Part shown: one piece after another, positions 58,546 through 64,000 of the stretch
Numbering within the stretch: position 1 is the stretch's first letter
Layout of the letters: each line of letters begins with the position of its first letter
DNA from: an uncultured Bacilli bacterium
Lineage (GTDB): Bacteria > Bacillota_I > Bacilli_A > RF39 > UBA660
Length of the DNA: 64,000 nucleotides
NCBI GenBank assembly: GCA_934167665.1
Contig: CAKPLN010000001.1
Location: forward strand, 341,331-405,330
Direction of reading: 5' to 3'
Notes under the pieces: generated by a model
Databases searched by the model: none
Told to the model about the DNA's origin: nothing
The model's input: only the letters and a program-made list of their open reading frames with translations
Made by a program: the position numbers and the translations under genes

Positions 58546-58911
58546 ATGACATATCTAAAAAAATATGGTTTAAGACTTTTATATACTTTTCTAGTTATAA
58601 TAATTTCTCTCCTATTAATTAATACTTTATATTACTTTAATATAATTAATAATAACCTCTACAAAGTATTAAAAATAATACCAATTCTAATATCTATTTT
58701 TATAAATGCCTACATATTAGGTAAAAATACTGACCAAAAAGGCTATTTAGAAGGCTTAAAACTATCTATAATTATAATTTTAATATTTTTTATTTTAACT
58801 CTTATAACTAAACAACCACTTAAACTAAAAGTTATTCTCTATTATCTAATAATAGGTATAACATCAATCCTAGGTAGTATGATAGGTATAAACAAAAAAA
58901 AGGATAGTTAA
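58546..58911 (+). CDS. Small polytopic membrane protein, hypothetical
   Basis: Four hydrophobic helices. Confidence 0.35.
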   Translation: MTYLKKYGLRLLYTFLVIIISLLLINTLYYFNIINNNLYKVLKIIPILISIFINAYILGKNTDQKGYLEGLKLSIIIILIFFILTLITKQPLKLKVILYYLIIGITSILGSMIGINKKKDS

Positions 58912-59357
58912 TCCTTTTTTATTGTTTCGTTCATCTTTTTAACTTTTTGAATAGAACTAGAAAGTTCTTTTGCTCTACTATCTGATATTACAACATTAGA
59001 ATCATCATGTGCAGCTTCTATTGCGGAAAAGTTTATAGTTCCAAAAAACGTTGTCATCGTCTCTAACGTCTCATGAACTTTTGGTAAATCAAACGCACAA
59101 AATAAACAAGATTCTTCTTCATCACTTTCAAATTTTAAAGCTCCTGAAAAAGCTCCTCTTTCCTTATATTCTCTAAGAAAATGACAAAGCATATCATTAT
59201 TATCAAGTCTAACAAAAACATCAGTAGTACCATTTAAACATTCATACACAACTTGATGTACCAATAACTCTGCTTCCTTTTCTTTTAAAACTACCCACTT
59301 ATAAGCTTCAGGTATTTTAATCTTTCCATAATCATCTATTAATTCAGAAAACATCAT
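58908..59357 (-). CDS. Hypothetical protein
   Basis: 149 aa ORF downstream of trmK. Confidence 0.35.
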   Translation of the reverse strand: MMFSELIDDYGKIKIPEAYKWVVLKEKEAELLVHQVVYECLNGTTDVFVRLDNNDMLCHFLREYKERGAFSGALKFESDEEESCLFCAFDLPKVHETLETMTTFFGTINFSAIEAAHDDSNVVISDSRAKELSSSIQKVKKMNETIKKD

Positions 59358-59376
59358 CTATATTCCTCCAAATCCT

Positions 59377-60039
59377 CTACAACTCTTTTTGTATCATTTT
59401 AATTTCTCTTTTAGTAATAATCTTCTTAAGTAAATAATTTTTAGGTAAAACCCTAATTAATATTTCTCTTGATAACTTTTCTCTTTCATAATACTCTCTA
59501 AATAAATCTCCTTTATTTTTAAGAAATACTGGTCCAAAGAAAAATTCTTTCTTACTATAATGTTTTTTTCCCTTTTTAAAAACTATAATTTGATATATAA
59601 ATTTTTTCTCTTTTACAAAAACCTCATTATCAATATAAAAACCATTATTAGTCAAAAATCTTTTTACATCACTCTGATAATTATTAGGACTTAAAATAAT
59701 TGTACTTACCTTCTTTAAAACATCTAAGTGTTTTTTGAATATGCCTATCATATTTCTACCACCCATACCAGAAATAATAATAGTATCAATACAATCACTA
59801 TAAGTATCCAGGCCATCCCCTAATCGAACTTCAATTTTATCTGTTAGATGTTCACGTTGAATATTTTCTTTAGCCTGTAAAACAGGACCTTCCGCTACAT
59901 CACTCGCAATAGTTTGAATATTTTTATTACGGCGAACAAGATAAATATCTAATAAAGCATGATCACAACCAACGTCCAAACAAAAGGAATTAGCTTCAAC
60001 TAAATCCCCTATTGTTTTTAATCTATCATTTATTTTCAT
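59377..60039 (-). CDS. trmK: tRNA (adenine22-N1)-methyltransferase TrmK-like
   Basis: SAM motif DVGCDHALLDIYL. It sits immediately downstream of sigA, as in Bacillus. Confidence 0.65.
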   Translation of the reverse strand: MKINDRLKTIGDLVEANSFCLDVGCDHALLDIYLVRRNKNIQTIASDVAEGPVLQAKENIQREHLTDKIEVRLGDGLDTYSDCIDTIIISGMGGRNMIGIFKKHLDVLKKVSTIILSPNNYQSDVKRFLTNNGFYIDNEVFVKEKKFIYQIIVFKKGKKHYSKKEFFFGPVFLKNKGDLFREYYEREKLSREILIRVLPKNYLLKKIITKREIKMIQKEL

Positions 60040-61130
60040 TAATCAGTTAAAAAATCCTTTAACTTACGAGATCTAGATGGATGTCTTAATTTGCGAAGAG
60101 CCTTAGCTTCAATTTGTCTGATTCTCTCTCTTGTAACACCAAAGATTTGACCAACTTCTTCAAGTGTTCTACATTGACCATCATCAAGTCCAAATCTAAG
60201 ACGGAGAACTTTTTCTTCACGTTCTGTCAAAGTAGCCAAAACACCACTTAACTCTTCTTTTAACATTTCAACAGTTGCATATTCTTCAGGTCCCATAGTT
60301 CTCTCATCTTTAATAAAATCTCCTAAATGAGAATCATCCTCTTCACCAATAGGTGTTTCAAGAGAAACAGGATCTTGTGATATTTTATATACTTCTCTTA
60401 CCTTATCAATAGAAATGCCTAACTTTTTAGCTATCTCTTCATCAGTAGGTTCACGATTTAACTCTTGAGTTAGTTGTCTTTGAACTCTTGCTAACTTATT
60501 GATTGTTTCAACCATGTGTACTGGAACACGAATTGTTCTAGCTTGATCAGCAATAGCTCTTGTAATTGCCTGTCTTATCCACCAAGTAGCATAAGTTGAG
60601 AACTTATATCCTTTAGTTGGATCAAACTTATCAACGGCCTTCATCAATCCTATATTACCCTCTTGAATCAAATCAAGAAAAAGCATACCACGTCCAACAT
60701 ATCTTTTAGCAATACTAACAACTAAACGTAAATTAGATTCAGCAAGCATTCTCTTAGCCTCTTCATCACCCTCTTCAGCTCTTTGAGCATATTCAAACTC
60801 TTCATCTGAAGTAAGCAAATTAATACGGCCAATTTCCTTTAAATACATACGAACAGGATCATTTATTTTAACATCTTTTGATAAAGTTATACTTTCAACT
60901 TCGACATCTGCAGTAATTTCATCAGCACTAACATCATCACTACCATCTTCAGTAACAATATCGATATTAGCATCAACTAAAGCATTATATAATTCATCTA
61001 GAGAATCACTATCTACATCTAATCCTCTTAACTCGTCAGCTAACTGTTCATAAGTAATAAAACCTTGTTTTTTACCCTTAGCAATTAGTTTCTCTTTTCT
61101 TTCCTCTAAAGTCTTAATTTCTCCAACCAT
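60039..61130 (-). CDS. sigA: Primary sigma factor (sigma-70 / SigA)
   Basis: Regions 1.2, 2 ([18 protein letters not shown]...[10 protein letters not shown]), 3 and 4 are all present. Confidence 0.95.
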   Translation of the reverse strand: MVGEIKTLEERKEKLIAKGKKQGFITYEQLADELRGLDVDSDSLDELYNALVDANIDIVTEDGSDDVSADEITADVEVESITLSKDVKINDPVRMYLKEIGRINLLTSDEEFEYAQRAEEGDEEAKRMLAESNLRLVVSIAKRYVGRGMLFLDLIQEGNIGLMKAVDKFDPTKGYKFSTYATWWIRQAITRAIADQARTIRVPVHMVETINKLARVQRQLTQELNREPTDEEIAKKLGISIDKVREVYKISQDPVSLETPIGEEDDSHLGDFIKDERTMGPEEYATVEMLKEELSGVLATLTEREEKVLRLRFGLDDGQCRTLEEVGQIFGVTRERIRQIEAKALRKLRHPSRSRKLKDFLTD

Positions 61131-61133
61131 AAT

Positions 61134-62885
61134 CTATTCTCCTATTCTTAATTTTCTAATTTTTTCGCCTATCTTAGCTTGTTCTAATGGATCGACTTCT
61201 TTTTTCATCAACACTGTTAATCTTCCTATTTCCTGATTACGTCTATAATCATTAATAACTCTAAAATATAAGAATAACTCTTCCTTTGTCGTTTTATCAT
61301 TATAATTTTCAGCTAAAATAGAATTTAGTAAAACTAGAATATCTTCTTTATCTTGAACATAAGTATAAAAATCAGCAATATTTATATTACCATATTTTTT
61401 ATAATAATAAATAATTTCACTTGCCAGTACTCTACTTACTTCACTAGGAAAAATAACTTTCTCTATTTCTACTTGTGAAACTACCCAATCATTATTAAGC
61501 ATAAAATATAATACTTGTTCTACTGCTTTATCATACTTTGTTTTTTGTATCTTCTTATTAACAGGAATATTTACCTTTGTATCTTTTACTTCTTTAAACA
61601 CCATCAAGTCATTTAAGCGTTTTTCCAGTGTATTATACCCTAGATCAAACTCTTTTGCAAGCTTTTTTAAAACGATTTCTACTCTAATCGCATCATTTAC
61701 TTTGACCATTTCCCTTAAAACACTATTAATATAGTTAGCTTTCTCTTCATCACTTCTAAAATCAACACTACCTCTTAATTGTTGTATTTTAAAATCACTA
61801 TAATTAATCGCATTATCAATTAATCCTATAAACCTATCTTTCCCATATTTTAAAATAAAACTATCAGGATCATTATCATCAGGTAAAACTACAACCTTCA
61901 CTTCAATTCCCTTATCAAGTAACCCCTCACCAATACTAAGCATAGCATTAACACCAGGCGAATCTCCATCTAAACATAAAATAATATTATTAGAAAGTCT
62001 TTTAATAAGAGAGGCTTGTTGATTAGTTAAAGCCGTTCCCATCAAAGCTACTGTATTTTTAACCCCAATACTACTAGCTCTAATAACATCCATAAAGCCT
62101 TCCATCACAATGACAGACTTTTTTAATCTACACTCTTCTCTAGCAATATGATAATGGTATAACATTTCCCCTTTTTTAAATATTTCCGTTTCCTTAGTAT
62201 TTAAATATTTATTTTGCCCATTATCTTTATATATACGTCCACTAAAGCCTACCACATGACCAAAAACATCATATAATGGGAACATAATCCTATCATTATA
62301 AATATCATGCTCATCACTAGATAAACCTATTCTATTTAAAGTACTTAAATCATATTCTTTCTTTAAAAGTAACTTTGTCAAATCATCTCTATTTTCTAAA
62401 GATAAACCAATTTCAAATTCCTTTATTAAATCCTCATTAATTTCTCTTCCAAGTAAATATTCTCTAGCCTTCTTTCCTACAGCACTAGACAAATTATTTT
62501 GAAAATATTTAACAGAAAACTTATAAGCCTCATATAATTTATCATATTTGCTACTTTTCTTAGTAACAGAAATATTAGAAACATCTAAACCAACTTTTTC
62601 TCCTAAATACCTTAAAGCCTCTTTAAAATCAATATGTTCATAGTCCATTAAAAAAGTAAAAACATTACCAGTTGCATGACAAGAAAAACAAGTAAATATT
62701 TGTTTTTCCCTAGACACACACATCGAAGGATTGGAATCATCATGAAAAGGACAAACCCCAAAAAAGTTTTTGCCCTTAGAAACAAGAGGGATTCTTTCAC
62801 CTATAATATCAACAATGTCAACTTTATGTCGTATTTCATTTGCTAAATCATTGTTCATAAACACCCCTCCACAATATAAAACCAT
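61134..62885 (-). CDS. dnaG: DNA primase
   Basis: Zinc ribbon (CPFHDDSNPSMCV...CFSC), TOPRIM domain (EGFMDV...DGDSPG) and a C-terminal domain. The likely start is the internal MNNDL. Confidence 0.9.
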   Translation of the reverse strand: MVLYCGGVFMNNDLANEIRHKVDIVDIIGERIPLVSKGKNFFGVCPFHDDSNPSMCVSREKQIFTCFSCHATGNVFTFLMDYEHIDFKEALRYLGEKVGLDVSNISVTKKSSKYDKLYEAYKFSVKYFQNNLSSAVGKKAREYLLGREINEDLIKEFEIGLSLENRDDLTKLLLKKEYDLSTLNRIGLSSDEHDIYNDRIMFPLYDVFGHVVGFSGRIYKDNGQNKYLNTKETEIFKKGEMLYHYHIAREECRLKKSVIVMEGFMDVIRASSIGVKNTVALMGTALTNQQASLIKRLSNNIILCLDGDSPGVNAMLSIGEGLLDKGIEVKVVVLPDDNDPDSFILKYGKDRFIGLIDNAINYSDFKIQQLRGSVDFRSDEEKANYINSVLREMVKVNDAIRVEIVLKKLAKEFDLGYNTLEKRLNDLMVFKEVKDTKVNIPVNKKIQKTKYDKAVEQVLYFMLNNDWVVSQVEIEKVIFPSEVSRVLASEIIYYYKKYGNINIADFYTYVQDKEDILVLLNSILAENYNDKTTKEELFLYFRVINDYRRNQEIGRLTVLMKKEVDPLEQAKIGEKIRKLRIGE

Positions 62886-62970
62886 AACGTTTCTTCAACA
62901 TGCTGATTATAACATTTTACCTTATAAATGTCAAAAAAATGATGAATTATATCATCATTATAGTTAAAAA

Positions 62971-63987
62971 TTAAATTAAAGATTTTCTTGTAAAAGTTTC
63001 TACATTTTTATCAATATATACATCAACTACACCCTTATTAACAATCTTAATAAAACCTAACCCATTAATTACTAAATCCTCATCATATTTAACCTGATAA
63101 GTAACTTTATTCAAATCCTTTAAATCACTCTTATTAGAAGCATTAAGAAGTCTCTTAACTTTTAAGTCATTAGAAACAAATAACGTAAAGCTATTTCTTT
63201 CCCCTTCAACGTAATCAATTCTTACCAAATCTTCTATAATAATAGCTTGGTTAACTCGTAACTGATAAGTCTTAGGCTTAATTTCCTTACGAGGAGAAAT
63301 CTTTTTAACCATACTACTATCAATATGATTTAATATAGAACCAGTATCTACTAAACCAGGAGTATCAATAAGTGTTAAATAATCATTTATTTCAATCTTT
63401 ACCATATTTAACGTTGTAGAAGGAAGTGGAGACATAGTTAATTCTTGCGAATTATCAGAATAATTTTGAATAAGTTTATTAATTAAACTAGATTTACCAG
63501 CATTAGTATGACCAACAACATATACATTCTTAGTAGTTTGATAAAACTTAATTCTTTTAAGTAAATAATCTATATTATAATTTTTACTAACACTAATTAC
63601 AATTACCTCTTCAAAGTGAATATCTTTCTCTTCTAAATACTGAATTAATTTAGTTTCTTTAACTGATTTAGGTAATACATCTTTCTTATTCAATACCAAA
63701 ATCATTTTGTTAGGTATAATACTTCTAATCTGTTCAATATTCTTCTCTAAATTTAATAAATCTGTAATATATAAAACTAAATCCTTAGTCTCACCAACAC
63801 TCTTTAAAATATTTAAATATTCCTCATTTGACTTAGTAATAACTTGATACTCACCATAATTTTTCATTCTAAAACATCTTTGACAAATATCATTTTCTAA
63901 ACTAGTAGTATATCCTTCTTGTAAAACATTCTGATCTTGTAAAACAACCCCACAACCTTTACAAGTTTTTTCTAAATTATCATTCAT
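62971..63987 (-). CDS. yqeH: Ribosome biogenesis GTPase YqeH (circularly permuted)
   Basis: N-terminal CxxC...CxxC zinc finger, a G4 motif placed before G1 (NKKD ... GHTNAGKSSLIN ... DTPG). Confidence 0.75.
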   Translation of the reverse strand: MNDNLEKTCKGCGVVLQDQNVLQEGYTTSLENDICQRCFRMKNYGEYQVITKSNEEYLNILKSVGETKDLVLYITDLLNLEKNIEQIRSIIPNKMILVLNKKDVLPKSVKETKLIQYLEEKDIHFEEVIVISVSKNYNIDYLLKRIKFYQTTKNVYVVGHTNAGKSSLINKLIQNYSDNSQELTMSPLPSTTLNMVKIEINDYLTLIDTPGLVDTGSILNHIDSSMVKKISPRKEIKPKTYQLRVNQAIIIEDLVRIDYVEGERNSFTLFVSNDLKVKRLLNASNKSDLKDLNKVTYQVKYDEDLVINGLGFIKIVNKGVVDVYIDKNVETFTRKSLI

Positions 63988-64000
63988 AATACTTTCCTCT

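Noticed and set aside
1-64000. Hypothesis that the organism uses genetic code 4 (TGA = Trp) or code 25
   Set aside because: Twenty or more long genes are complete under the standard code and use TGG for Trp. TGA appears in frame only in three loci that also carry other lesions, and one of those ends with tandem TGA-TGA-TAA stops. Decay explains the pattern better than recoding.
1-64000. Search for CRISPR arrays, transposases, integrases and complete known defence systems (RM, CBASS, retron, Gabija and others)
   Set aside because: No regularly spaced direct repeats, no Cas-like, RT-like, CD-NTase-like or methyltransferase ORFs, and no DDE or tyrosine recombinase signatures were seen. Only an eroded AAA/OLD-like ATPase stub remains.

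Overview
This 64 kb window is very AT-rich, roughly 27-30% GC by eye. It looks like chromosomal DNA from a low-GC Gram-positive (Bacillota-like) bacterium that uses the standard genetic code. The evidence for the code is that long uninterrupted ORFs (1543, 767, 727 and 679 aa) use TGG for Trp and stop almost always at TAA or TAG. Nearly all genes are on the minus strand.

Conserved housekeeping genes fill most of the window:
- yqeH, dnaG, sigA and trmK
- lepA and hemW
- ftsK, efp and rpmG (rpmG is unannotated in the ORF track)
- a class B PBP, nfo, deoD, tmk, murI and a CinA-C/PncC-like gene
- a copZ-copA copper operon
- an ABC-2 exporter
- an OmpR/HK two-component pair
- a YlbL-like Lon/PDZ protease
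- type IV / competence-type pilins

The most unusual element is a 4.6 kb gene at 35423-40054. It is a complete GspE/PilB/ComGA-family secretion ATPase fused in frame to a tail of about 1130 residues. The tail is Pro/Thr/Val/Lys-rich and low-complexity, with two families of tandem repeats and a (CCTATT)4 microsatellite. The gene sits divergent from two pseudopilin genes and has no platform protein gene (comGB/pilC) next to it.

A second accessory region spans about 12.4-21.4 kb and ends at a tRNA-Thr/tRNA-Arg pair. It contains:
- a small operon of a HAD 5'-nucleotidase and a 2H phosphoesterase-like gene
- an HD-domain hydrolase and a candidate MazG-like gene
- a decayed AAA/OLD-like ATPase
- a decayed second copy of the HAD gene
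- membrane-tethered XRE regulators
- a candidate sRNA hairpin

The window also carries several gene remnants. Three of them share one signature: an in-frame TGA at a position where Trp is plausible, which suggests TGG to TGA decay under AT mutational pressure. I found no CRISPR array, no transposase or integrase, and no recognisable complete defence system. Every functional call is a motif-level inference from the translated ORFs, made without database searches.
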